From NCBI GenBank assembly GCA_965235115.1, contig OZ249437.1:46004001-46068000 (forward strand): a DNA stretch of 64,000 nucleotides. Direction: 5' to 3'. Origin of the DNA: Laetmonice hystrix. Taxonomy: Eukaryota. Made by a program: the position numbers and the translations under genes. The notes under the pieces are model-generated. The model worked only from the letters and a program-made list of their open reading frames with translations. It made no database searches and was not told where the DNA came from. Below, piece by piece: positions 53,001-60,485 of this stretch (the first letter of the stretch is position 1; every line of letters starts with the position of its first letter).

Positions 53001-56000
53001 ACCCCCTGGTGGCACCAGAGGGAAGTAAAGTGGACCGACTGGACGGTGCATTATGGGACTGGCCCAGCCACACTCGATGATCTTCCGACTGCCTGGCACA
53101 GGAAGTGGAAATCACTTACAGGCAAAATTGGAGATAAATAAAAGGATCCCATATCAAGTATGACAGTCATATGGGGCAGAGCGGGTGTGTAGGTGATGAT
53201 AGCAACATGCCGTTACAAATGAGGTCAAAGCCATTCTAGGTTAAAGGGTGACTCCACATGGAAAGTGACCTAACAGTAGATATATTTATATTTTTATGAA
53301 GAGAATGGCCCCTGACAGTTCTACCTTTAAGAAATGGGCTCCCTGAGATGACGTTTGCCTCCATCAAACAGATCCGACCTGTGTGGCCATAGAACCAATA
53401 GAGCGCGTACGAATCACCAACTTTGATTAGTTCCATCTAGGATGCGCGGTAATAACTCACCTGTTGGATATTCGAAACACATGGTAGAAATGTAAACCAC
53501 CGATTTCCAAGACTTCATTCAATCGCTATGCCTTCGTTCAACATGTTTCAATGAGAACATGTGAGGCAGCTTGTTGATATCTCAGGTGGTAGTTGGGGAA
53601 TTGTGACCAAGGTATAATGTCTCAATGAGAACATGTGAGATAGCTTGTTGATATCTCAGGTGGTAGTTGGGGAATTGTGACTAAGGTATAATGTCTCAAT
53701 GAGAACATGTGAGATAGCTTGTTGATATCTCAGGTGGTAGTTGGGGAATTGTGACCAAGGTATAATGTCTCAATGAGAACATGTGAGACAGCTTGTTGAT
53801 ATCTCAGGTGGTAGTTGGGAAGCTGTGACCAAGGTATAATTGGGGAACGCCACACGTTTCAATCAATACCATGGAGCCCATACAAGGACAACGTTTTAAC
53901 ACTGGGACGGACCCAAAGCGTCACAGGAAATTTTAGGCCTTCTAAATTGACAAGGGGGCTGCATTACGAATTCCCAAGTCTTCCTTGATGGTTGGAAACC
54001 GTACCACTATTTGGGGGGGGGGGGGGGGGGGTGCATCGGGCATGTAGTCTATGGGGGCAAACTCTAGCATATTTCTCGTGACCTCTATAGCATTGAGCAG
54101 CTGTATACAAGAGCCGGACTGACCAGAGCCAGAAGGGGCCTGATCACTCCAAAAGTCGTTACTTTTATACAAACCTAGGAAGATATACTGCAGATGGCCT
54201 GAGGTCAAGGGCTCAAGACAGGCCAAGGTCAATGTGGTTTCAACACTGCTGGCTGCGGCAGCAGGGACCTGGCCGCAACTACAAATTTACCCGGTCGGCA
54301 AGTCTTCAACTGTGCCTCCTGTGCAATTTTAAACTGCTCAGAAAGTCCACTGTCGGCCCACTGATGTCCACCGCTGATATCACTCATGTTTTAACGAAGG
54401 TTCAATGTCTCTGGGTAGGCGACGGGGGGGGGGGGGCAGGATGCGCTTCCTTCTTGTTGAAATACTGGGAGATGTTCATGTTACCTGACTCAACAAGATC
54501 ACCTGGGCCAACCAAGTGGGGCTGCTGCTCATTTCCGACCCGGTACCTGAGGGCCAATTTCTCACCACCAATTTGCCACGGCCACCTGAGTAAGGTATCT
54601 CAGTACTTGTGCACCGCTCACCCAATAGACCTAGTCGTACCCGTTCTGCCTGCTTGCCGTACTTCCCCCCATGCGCACTTGACCCCCCTCAAAACTGTCC
54701 AAATATTTGCCCGTCCAAAAGGGCTCTGAGCTCCACCGACAACTGCTGCGAGAACATCAATTAGGGCTTCTCCTTCTGGCTGGGATGGACATTTGACTGA
54801 GGTAGGCCCCTGCCTGTGTCTGCCAGCCAATGGGATAGGTAGGCCCCTGCCTGTTTCTGCCAGTCAATGGGATAGGTAGGCCCCTGCCTGTGTCTGCCAG
54901 TCAATGGGATAGGTAGGCCCCTGCCTGTGTCTACCAGTCAATGGGATAGGTAGGCCCCTGCCTGTGTCTGCCAGTCAATGGGATAGGTAGGCCCCTGCCT
55001 GTGTCTACCAGTCAATGGGATAGGTAGGCCCCTGCCTGTGTCTACCAGTCAATGGGATAGGTAGGCCCCTGCCTGTGTCTGCCAGTCAATGGGATAGGTA
55101 GGCCCCTGCCTGTGTCTGCCAGTCAATGGAATAGGTAGGCCCCTGCCTGTGTCTGCCAGTCAATGGGATAGGTAGGCCCCTGCCTGTGTCTACCAGTCAA
55201 TGGGATAGGTAGGCCCCTGCCTGTGTCTACCAGTCAATGGGATAGGTAGGCCCCTGCCTGTGTCTGCCAGTCAATATGATAGGTAGGCCCCTGCCTGTGT
55301 CTGCCAGTCAATGGGATAGGTAGGCCCCTGCCTGTGTCTGCCAGTCAATGGGATAGGTAGGCCCCTGCCTGTGTCTGCCAGTCAATGGTATAGGTAGGCC
55401 CCTGCCTGTGTCTGCCAGCCAATGGGATCGTAACGACACACAGCTAAGCTGGTGGGTTAGGACCTCTGTAATTAAAGGAACGGGACTATGATTACATTAA
55501 AACAACACTTTGGTGTTGATTTTTTTCAGTAAGGTAGTCCGCGAGAATTTAGCTAGTGGCATTGGACGCAAGCCCTTAGGCACTGGTAGCCCGACCGGAG
55601 AATTCAGTAGCTCCGGGCGTCGGTTGAAGAAAGCCAACACTAATCTTTAAAAAAACAACAATCGCGATTCCTTGTGAACTGTTCGTCTGGCACGTGTTTG
55701 GACGAGATTTACCATTCGAATGATGTTGATATTTCCATGTCGGGTCGCTCTGGCGTGTGGCAGAACTTCTTAATCCACCAGTCTAGATTTTTTTTCTACT
55801 TTTTCCATTCCTTTATACCACACTGTAAGCATGTTTATCGCACAAGTTGGTATGTGATTGGCAGCCAGATACAATGAATGACGGTAGATTGTGTCAGTAA
55901 CAGAGCGATAGGGAGCAGTCTGGTAGGAAGATTTAGTCAGATTGGTCCATTAAATGCCATCACCGAATTTTTCTCATTTTTCACGTCGTCGTCCCTCTTC

Positions 56001-59000
56001 CATTTTCCATGAGATCGCAATGGTCCTGATTCTTCATGAAACCAACTTTTCTCTGTTCAAGTATGGACCTACATATATAGGATCTACGGGCACCCCAATC
56101 ACATGACCTTGGTGTGACCTTGGGATCGGCGAGCAGTGACAGAGGGCGCCATCTGGATTGTATAGTTTGACTGTGCTGGCAGCCTGCAACGCTCAAAGCC
56201 ACCCTGGAGACGTAGATGACACAAACCTGGACGATTCGACCCTACACTGGGGGGATCCCTGGCTCAGCGTCATCCTATCTCCTGCCGACCAGCACCGCGG
56301 TGATACCCAGTCAGGTCACTCAGGCCATGTCTCACACATCACGTAACGGGTCAGGTCACTCAGGCCATGCCCCACACAACAGATCACGTAACGGGTCATA
56401 CTCCCATTGCACCTTTGGCAGTCACTTCTTAAAGGCAGACATCCCTGTTTTGTATCAATCACTACAAGAGAACCCTCTTACATAGTCCGTGCTCTCAGGG
56501 TGACGACTTTGATATGTTGGAAAGGCTTGAATCTTTCAACACACACAACAACCCAGAAACTGCAATCAATGTCCAAAAGTAACGATCACTTACATCTTAT
56601 ATATCATTTAAGAGACCAAAACCTTGCCATATCTGCGGGCGACCCCCCCCCCCCAATTTATTTAGTTTTAATTTGGGGGGATATGGTCCGGCCTGATTCT
56701 GGCCTGGTAATTGGATTTGATACTTTCCCCATTGACTTCACTGACCCGTACGTGAGACCTCTAATATCTGTTTTAGATCCTTCAACATCACCTGTTCTCA
56801 CACTTCACACCTAGGTGGCCAGCAAATAGCCTTCAGTGACCTTGAACTGAATCTATTGTTCTCTAATTGACCCGTGTGACAACCCCCCCTCCCCTTCCAC
56901 CCTCGCAGGATCCCCAGACCACCCGCTCCGTACCCGAAGTGATCGGCACCCTGGTGGTCACATGCTGACTGTCACCTGTTAAGACCCACACAGCCCGGCT
57001 CATACAAAGTCCCATCATGCTCAGTCAACAAGGTTTGTGGATATTCCAAACAGCTCCGGTCTGGGCTCCACTGTGCTGCTAACTCCCACGACACACACAC
57101 CCTGGGTGTCATGTGTGTCCAGGTAAGAATCCTCTCCCCCCAACACACACACATGGCCTTGCACCCGTGTGAACTTACTGCAGATGGGTTATTTTTTATG
57201 TCTAGTTGAAATTATATCCATCTATTATATATCCACAAGTCAGAACCGACATGTCCTACTGTAGAGTCACTGAGTCACTTTGGGCCCGGAGAATCGGCTG
57301 ATAATGTTACCTTGATGATAGAAGCATCTCCCACTCCTGAACTTATCCGAGGTTTTAATGTGGACATAGTGGCTGAACGTTCATTTGTCACAGCTACACC
57401 TGTATTGACTATCTTCATGATACCATCATAAACAAACATCACCGGTCTAACCGCTCAATTTGTTAAAATCCACACAGAGAAAGAATTTGAAATGTTGTTC
57501 AGCAATAAAACCATTGTGGAGTGGCCTTTCTACGGCTGACATCAATCTCCTTCAGGTTCAGGGGAATTCTCAATTCACATATTCGTTCCTGACTGATAAC
57601 GGTAAAATCCGTCTCATTCAAGTTCCTGGCTGCTTAAATATGAGAGTCAGCGTCGGCTTTACCTTGTTCTTCGTTTTTCCATGGAATTCTTCGCGACTTT
57701 TCAAGACTTTTCATATTTTGCATTTTCCTACACCTACTTCACTAAACGACTTTGAGTAAACTGATGATGCATGACAGGCTATGGATCTCCTCCAACAAGT
57801 ACTTTAAACGTTAGGTGCAATTTTTGCGTGGAAAGAAGGTAGCTATACTGAAAGGGGGGCTGGGCCTGTTTCGGCAGCATCACCTGACAAGGGGTAATTC
57901 CGCTACGGCACCCTTCAATGACCCTTGACCTATGTGGGTGACAAGGTATTTGTAGGTGTAAACAGTGGCGATTATTTGGTCAAAGATTTGTTGTTTATTC
58001 ACAACAAAAGCTGTTGTACCGACTTGAAGCATTATTAGTGACAGCTGTTTGTGAGATATACTGCTGGTATTTTACAGTATGCATTCACACCGACATCTGC
58101 GAGCATATATCGGATACATGGTTATATTCTACCATACCCAATAGATACACGAGTATCCACACATGACGGTCTCTAACTTCGTGCCACATACAGTACAACT
58201 GGCCAGAAATCTGTTGACACTAACGCACACCTATCACACGACGGAACCAACATCCAATCGTTCGGCCTTACCGAAATGTGGGAGCACTATGCCCACTTCC
58301 CACAACATTTGGCCTCGGCTATTTCTATTATTACACTAGATTCACGGCATGTAGCTCCCTGAATCAAGTGGTCATGTCTAGCATGTAGTAATACAAATAT
58401 TATTATCTCAGAAATACTGTCTTTTTCAATACATTAGACACCTGATCGAGAGCAATACGATGACAGGTTTGTCAGGACCAGCCGCCGCGCCCCCTTGCGG
58501 CAGCCTGAACGTGAACATGTACTGACCTTTCCGTCACGTGGCAAACATATGGCCTGCATGCGTTGAGAATCCCAAACTCGAACTCTACCGCTGGCTGAGG
58601 CCAATAACTTCATTAAAACTCTACTCAATCTGGCTTTGGTTTATCTGATCCTGACAAAAGATAGCTCTCAGGTTGACTTGATACCGGTACTGGTTTCTGA
58701 AGGTTGCGGAGATGGTGACACTCGATAGGCCACTTGGTTTCAGGTACTCACAGATCATAGTAACCGTACCTGGACACTTGAATCCGAGGATTCAATCACC
58801 CAGGTGAACTTTGGGGACTCGACTGACGGCTGAACTGTTGCTAAAATCACTCAACCACGCCAAGCCGGAGTAAATTAGATTAGATATCGTGTTTCTGAGA
58901 CGATTATTGTCAGAATCAGGGCAACACACACAAATGACTAAACGAAGGAATTATATCCCGTATGAAACTTAATTATTCACGATATTGATTTTTTGTTTAA

Positions 59001-60485
59001 TTACCATAGCCAAAGTAATGTCTGACTAAATTGTTTAAAGAAACAATGGAAGTATTCAAACACTATAGCGGGGAAAGAGAAGGTAGCAGTCCAAGTTGTA
59101 GGATAGGATAAAAGGCATCAATATATCCTGCCGTGAACATTTATTAGTAAAGTGTGACCCACTGTGACAAGTGTTGTTGTAGTCAGGGATGATGCCGGCA
59201 TAGACTGAGTGCTTTCTGACAGCCCGAGATAGTAACCTAAAAGGCATTAAAGTGGGCAAATATTGCCGAACAAAAGATCAAATGAAACTCACAAAATGAA
59301 ACGTTGACGCTGTTTCACAATAAACAAACGGTAATGTCGATTTGGACATGAAGGAAAGCTCAACTATTTCTTTATCGTCAACCATTTCAACAGCGATGAT
59401 AATGGCATTTCACGCCATGGACGAACTGAGAAGTGTTGAGAAGGCCACCTACCAAGCTAGAGCCAAGACTTTCTGAGATCCACTATCAATTAGCATATTG
59501 TATCGATCAATCAGATAAACACCCTTTCGAATTACAAATGTACAGAACGTAAATCACACATCTACAACATAATACCCCAAATGTAAAAAATAACCACGGG
59601 TATTTAGAGAAGGTACGAGACGCAGCTTTAAGACTGAAACTGCTACGCTAATTTTGATTGGTTGAAGAGATATCTGCTGTTGGTGTATGGGAGTCTGGCT
59701 GGCACATGTCCCGCATGGCAGCCAGTCACCACCTATGGTTACCAGGCAGCCACAGCGTGGTAACCTATGGCAACCAGCTGAGCGCGTTTCCGAGTGTAAT
59801 GGAGAAATCTGTTTCCGTTTTACATGAAGAGGGGTGAAAGCTTTGATGCGTGCAAAATGGCAAATATTCAAGTACAAAAAGGCGGAAAACTTTCTCTGTC
59901 CAAGGATGACTCTTAATGTAGGCCATTTCCTATTCCATCTCTGCAATTTTAAATTTTAAAATTGCTAACCAAATCACAAATTTCACACAATGTGATGGTA
60001 TGTGCTTTACTCTAACGATGAATCAACCTTTTTAAAAATATAATTACTAGTCAATGACTCTATATCAGGCCTCAAAGATGTACCCAGAAACCTGCTCAAT
60101 GGTCAAGGGGTCGTTTATTCCTGGTCTTTACAAGACTGGGTAACGATATCAAATCAGAGGCAGCTAAACTGTTAGTCATTGAAAGGTTCACTTACCTGGC
60201 CTAGATCGATGGTAATTGTGACTGAATGGAACCGTATACCATTGGAAATGGGCGGACTCTGCCACCACCGGTTACTGCCGTCGATGGCGTGGTCTATAGG
60301 GTGATGTTCCTGAGGGTTCAGGCTGTTAGCATCACAGGTACCACACTGAATACGTTTGGTGGGCCGCCGTAAAACATGCTGCACCAGTTTACAATACGTC
60401 TCCGGACCCTCCTCGCCACATGTGGCATTGCTGCTGATTTTGGCCCGCGACGCAAGGTTAAAAACTACGGGAAATAATCCTACAC
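4947..60485 (-). CDS. LAMA1/2: Laminin subunit alpha-1/2-like (wing blister class); 63 coding exons found, 5' signal-peptide exon missing
   Basis: Hand-assembled exons with matching phases give LN ([62 protein letters not shown]), LE repeats, two L4 domains, a coiled coil of about 560 aa and five LG domains ending ACPVNDS*. Two L4 domains are diagnostic of the alpha1/2 class. Confidence 0.95.
5405..5624 (-). CDS. LAMA1/2: Laminin alpha exon c62, LG5
   Basis: [10 protein letters not shown]...LCDNRWHHV...LRVDG...LFLGGFP. Confidence 0.9.
6034..6167 (-). CDS. LAMA1/2: Laminin alpha exon c61, LG5
   Basis: [26 protein letters not shown]...LALELSNGQ. Confidence 0.9.
6285..6438 (-). CDS. LAMA1/2: Laminin alpha exon c60, LG4/LG5
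   Basis: [14 protein letters not shown]...[18 protein letters not shown]. Confidence 0.9.
6741..6860. repeat. 18-bp minisatellite x7 (tttcttagctctgacata)
   Basis: Units at 6742, 6760 ... 6850, read directly. Confidence 0.9.
8576..8722 (-). CDS. LAMA1/2: Laminin alpha exon c59, LG4
   Basis: [15 protein letters not shown]...[13 protein letters not shown]. Confidence 0.88.
9046..9512. repeat. 36/33-bp minisatellite x about 13
   Basis: tgtctggggtgggtatggaaaccgataggcct(aca)a; 36- and 33-nt units alternate in the middle. Confidence 0.95.
9528..9717 (-). CDS. LAMA1/2: Laminin alpha exon c58, LG4
   Basis: [19 protein letters not shown]...[10 protein letters not shown]...VDDGKWHT. Confidence 0.9.
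11735..11853 (-). CDS. LAMA1/2: Laminin alpha exon c57, start of LG4
   Basis: PPSACAVE...[14 protein letters not shown]. Confidence 0.85.
12167..12398 (-). CDS. LAMA1/2: Laminin alpha exon c56, end of LG3 plus Thr/Ser/Pro-rich hinge
   Basis: ADIGRC...[24 protein letters not shown]; phases match neighbours; the GTGAAC donor is weaker. Confidence 0.82.
12679..12870 (-). CDS. LAMA1/2: Laminin alpha exon c55, LG3
   Basis: IEVYVDD...MYVGGLP...[11 protein letters not shown]. Confidence 0.9.
13018..13157 (-). CDS. LAMA1/2: Laminin alpha exon c54, LG3
   Basis: [12 protein letters not shown]...[13 protein letters not shown]. Confidence 0.88.
13375..13518 (-). CDS. LAMA1/2: Laminin alpha exon c53, LG3
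   Basis: [12 protein letters not shown]...[15 protein letters not shown]. Confidence 0.88.
13723..13849 (-). CDS. LAMA1/2: Laminin alpha exon c52, end of LG2
   Basis: [17 protein letters not shown]...GLTEGC. Confidence 0.88.
14027..14156 (-). CDS. LAMA1/2: Laminin alpha exon c51, LG2
   Basis: VVLLRVNSE...[15 protein letters not shown]. Confidence 0.87.
14254..14428 (-). CDS. LAMA1/2: Laminin alpha exon c50, LG2
   Basis: [20 protein letters not shown]...KYNTNTW. Confidence 0.88.
14604..14766 (-). CDS. LAMA1/2: Laminin alpha exon c49, LG2
   Basis: [11 protein letters not shown]...[12 protein letters not shown]. Confidence 0.88.
14935..15530. repeat. 53-bp minisatellite x11 containing the exon c48 3' end and donor
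   Basis: cttac (donor complement) at 14964, 15017, 15070, 15123, 15176, 15229, 15282, 15342, 15395, 15448, 15501. Confidence 0.95.
15506..15636 (-). CDS. LAMA1/2: Laminin alpha exon c48, end of LG1
   Basis: [29 protein letters not shown]...CDGC; donor lies inside the 53-bp repeat. Confidence 0.88.
15777..15933 (-). CDS. LAMA1/2: Laminin alpha exon c47, LG1
   Basis: IANTAKLSV...[18 protein letters not shown]. Confidence 0.87.
16216..16370 (-). CDS. LAMA1/2: Laminin alpha exon c46, LG1
   Basis: [22 protein letters not shown]...WYKVKVER. Confidence 0.9.
16547..16696 (-). CDS. LAMA1/2: Laminin alpha exon c45, LG1
   Basis: [17 protein letters not shown]...LLMFVG. Confidence 0.9.
16906..17060 (-). 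CDS. LAMA1/2: Laminin alpha exon c44, end of coiled coil
   Basis: [10 protein letters not shown]...[17 protein letters not shown], similar to LAMA2 IKELINQARKQANS. Confidence 0.88.
17285..17464 (-). CDS. LAMA1/2: Laminin alpha exon c43, coiled coil
   Basis: [24 protein letters not shown]...NVPRVNAS. Confidence 0.8.
17597..17713 (-). CDS. LAMA1/2: Laminin alpha exon c42, coiled coil
   Basis: [16 protein letters not shown]...QVNNIST. Confidence 0.8.
17945..18041 (-). CDS. LAMA1/2: Laminin alpha exon c41, coiled coil
   Basis: [30 protein letters not shown]. Confidence 0.8.
18376..18514 (-). CDS. LAMA1/2: Laminin alpha exon c40, coiled coil
   Basis: [29 protein letters not shown]; phase requires the TAG acceptor. 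Confidence 0.82.
18690..18946. mobile_element. Non-autonomous DNA-transposon-like fragment with a CAGGG end and internal catgacttttt units
   Basis: Minus strand starts cagggttcctacggtcatgaaaa; repeated catgactttt/catgattttt motifs; second terminus not found. Confidence 0.45.
19079..19236 (-). CDS. LAMA1/2: Laminin alpha exon c39, coiled coil
   Basis: [12 protein letters not shown]...[20 protein letters not shown]. Confidence 0.83.
19845..20310. repeat. About 53-bp minisatellite x about 9
   Basis: tctgatatatgagcagctccggctagctcaggtgattgggcccagttagtggg with variants. Confidence 0.9.
20760..21298. mobile_element. Kolobok-like non-autonomous element (TTAA TSD, AG termini)
   Basis: TTAA-AGGGGCATACTATGA ... 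TCATAATATGCCCCT-TTAA; 15-bp TIR with 1 mismatch; no transposase. Confidence 0.65.
21703..21822 (-). CDS. LAMA1/2: Laminin alpha exon c38, coiled coil
   Basis: [31 protein letters not shown]. Confidence 0.82.
21982..22177 (-). CDS. LAMA1/2: Laminin alpha exon c37, coiled coil
   Basis: [14 protein letters not shown]...[10 protein letters not shown]...YNTT. Confidence 0.83.
22446..22614 (-). CDS. LAMA1/2: Laminin alpha exon c36, coiled coil
   Basis: [14 protein letters not shown]...[13 protein letters not shown]...ATDKEL. Confidence 0.83.
23125..23233 (-). CDS. LAMA1/2: Laminin alpha exon c35, coiled coil
   Basis: [30 protein letters not shown]; phase matches c36. Confidence 0.8.
23435..23527 (-). 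CDS. LAMA1/2: Laminin alpha exon c34, coiled coil
   Basis: [31 protein letters not shown]; phase 0-0. Confidence 0.8.
23821..23963 (-). CDS. LAMA1/2: Laminin alpha exon c33, start of coiled coil
   Basis: [19 protein letters not shown]...[17 protein letters not shown], similar to LAMA2 CDDECTGLLL...PYK. Confidence 0.85.
24169..24362 (-). CDS. LAMA1/2: Laminin alpha exon c32, LE
   Basis: [26 protein letters not shown]...GDCV. Confidence 0.9.
24551..24637 (-). CDS. LAMA1/2: Laminin alpha exon c31, LE
   Basis: [28 protein letters not shown]. Confidence 0.9.
24803..24930 (-). CDS. LAMA1/2: Laminin alpha exon c30, LE
   Basis: [37 protein letters not shown]. Confidence 0.9.
25114..25254 (-). CDS. 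LAMA1/2: Laminin alpha exon c29, LE
   Basis: [10 protein letters not shown]...[18 protein letters not shown]. Confidence 0.9.
25521..25632 (-). CDS. LAMA1/2: Laminin alpha exon c28, L4b end/LE
   Basis: LEGLSLDHA...[16 protein letters not shown]. Confidence 0.9.
25858..25976 (-). CDS. LAMA1/2: Laminin alpha exon c27, L4b
   Basis: [30 protein letters not shown]. Confidence 0.88.
26138..26317 (-). CDS. LAMA1/2: Laminin alpha exon c26, L4b
   Basis: [14 protein letters not shown]...YEVLLRE. Confidence 0.88.
26581..26754 (-). CDS. LAMA1/2: Laminin alpha exon c25, L4b
   Basis: INFPVRHL...[14 protein letters not shown]. Confidence 0.87.
27159..27299 (-). CDS. LAMA1/2: Laminin alpha exon c24, LE
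   Basis: [38 protein letters not shown]. Confidence 0.9.
27537..27767 (-). CDS. LAMA1/2: Laminin alpha exon c23, LE
   Basis: [23 protein letters not shown]...DGKCPCK. Confidence 0.9.
28052..28191 (-). CDS. LAMA1/2: Laminin alpha exon c22, LE
   Basis: [47 protein letters not shown]. Confidence 0.9.
28488..28671 (-). CDS. LAMA1/2: Laminin alpha exon c21, LE
   Basis: [18 protein letters not shown]...[17 protein letters not shown]. Confidence 0.9.
28897..29003 (-). CDS. LAMA1/2: Laminin alpha exon c20, LE
   Basis: [36 protein letters not shown]. Confidence 0.88.
29297..29474 (-). CDS. LAMA1/2: Laminin alpha exon c19, LE
   Basis: [20 protein letters not shown]...[14 protein letters not shown]; AAG acceptor lies inside the 56-bp repeat. 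Confidence 0.87.
29460..29960. repeat. 56-bp minisatellite x9 containing the acceptor and first 15 nt of exon c19
   Basis: Acceptor AG complement at 29475, 29531, 29587, 29643, 29699, 29754, 29810, 29866, 29922. Confidence 0.95.
30700..30806 (-). CDS. LAMA1/2: Laminin alpha exon c18, LE
   Basis: [35 protein letters not shown]. Confidence 0.9.
31508..31716 (-). CDS. LAMA1/2: Laminin alpha exon c17, LE
   Basis: [24 protein letters not shown]...[17 protein letters not shown]. Confidence 0.9.
33267..33490 (-). CDS. LAMA1/2: Laminin alpha exon c16, LE
   Basis: [48 protein letters not shown]... Confidence 0.9.
34737..34850 (-). CDS. LAMA1/2: Laminin alpha exon c15, LE
   Basis: [38 protein letters not shown]. 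Confidence 0.9.
35096..35204 (-). CDS. LAMA1/2: Laminin alpha exon c14, L4a end/LE
   Basis: [12 protein letters not shown]...[17 protein letters not shown]. Confidence 0.9.
35546..35763 (-). CDS. LAMA1/2: Laminin alpha exon c13, L4a
   Basis: GSGLRMG...[18 protein letters not shown]. Confidence 0.9.
36141..36254 (-). CDS. LAMA1/2: Laminin alpha exon c12, L4a
   Basis: [14 protein letters not shown]...SDVVIE. Confidence 0.88.
36467..36628 (-). CDS. LAMA1/2: Laminin alpha exon c11, L4a
   Basis: [15 protein letters not shown]...[13 protein letters not shown]. Confidence 0.87.
36777..36942. mobile_element. 166-bp MITE with CAGGG termini and apparent 5-bp TSD
   Basis: aatcc-CAGGGCTGGCCA ... TGGACAGCCCTG-aatcc; 12-bp TIR with 1 mismatch. 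Confidence 0.65.
38700..38840 (-). CDS. LAMA1/2: Laminin alpha exon c10, LE
   Basis: [47 protein letters not shown]. Confidence 0.9.
39213..39606. repeat. GC-rich compound minisatellite (ggggcggtgtgg / gatctcaggcga) abutting the c9 donor
   Basis: Read directly; extremely G-rich on the plus strand. Confidence 0.9.
39612..39767 (-). CDS. LAMA1/2: Laminin alpha exon c9, LE
   Basis: [34 protein letters not shown]...CICK. Confidence 0.88.
40370..40510 (+). mobile_element. Possible highly decayed RTE/LINE RT C-terminal remnant
   Basis: Frameshifted pieces HTLLHDGL and GRLEGRMDG resemble the GHxxRHDGL..LEGRxEG tail of RTE-type RTs; weak. Confidence 0.25.
42727..42888 (-). CDS. LAMA1/2: Laminin alpha exon c8, LE
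   Basis: [35 protein letters not shown]... Confidence 0.9.
43046..43164 (-). CDS. LAMA1/2: Laminin alpha exon c7, LE
   Basis: [40 protein letters not shown]. Confidence 0.9.
43390..43511. repeat. 40-bp repeat x3 containing the exon c6 3' end and donor
   Basis: cttaccctcacag at 43411, 43451, 43491. Confidence 0.9.
43496..43613 (-). CDS. LAMA1/2: Laminin alpha exon c6, LE
   Basis: [39 protein letters not shown]. Confidence 0.9.
43623..44002. repeat. 38-bp minisatellite x10 abutting the c6 acceptor
   Basis: gacggaaattataacctttacttttgtttctacacgat; ends 6 nt from the TAG acceptor (43614-43616). Confidence 0.95.
44173..44262 (-). CDS. LAMA1/2: Laminin alpha exon c5, LN end/LE1
   Basis: [30 protein letters not shown]. 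Confidence 0.92.
45738..45857 (-). CDS. LAMA1/2: Laminin alpha exon c4, LN
   Basis: [23 protein letters not shown]...SVTNR. Confidence 0.92.
46143..46202 (-). CDS. LAMA1/2: Laminin alpha exon c3, LN
   Basis: [20 protein letters not shown]; 60 nt, phase 0-0. Confidence 0.88.
46605..46847 (-). CDS. LAMA1/2: Laminin alpha exon c2, LN
   Basis: [28 protein letters not shown]...DPLENGE; canonical sites. Confidence 0.93.
47014..47192. mobile_element. Small element with GGCG(G/A)ATCCA inverted ends
   Basis: ggcgaatcca ... tggatccgcc, 1 mismatch. Confidence 0.5.
53548..53840. repeat. 74-bp tandem repeat x4
   Basis: tcaatgagaac at 53548, 53622, 53696, 53770. Confidence 0.9.
54802..55428. repeat. 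37-bp minisatellite x17
   Basis: gtaggcccctgcctgtgtctgccagtcaatgggatag; units from 54802 to 55394 at exact 37-nt period. Confidence 0.95.
60196..60485 (-). CDS. LAMA1/2: Laminin alpha exon c1, LN domain
   Basis: CAG/GTAAG ends; [35 protein letters not shown]...[11 protein letters not shown]...TITIDLGQ. Confidence 0.93.

Noticed and set aside
53942-54729. Head-to-head ORFs of 96 and 165 aa
   Set aside because: Both run through homopolymer G/C tracts and show no domain signal; likely chance.
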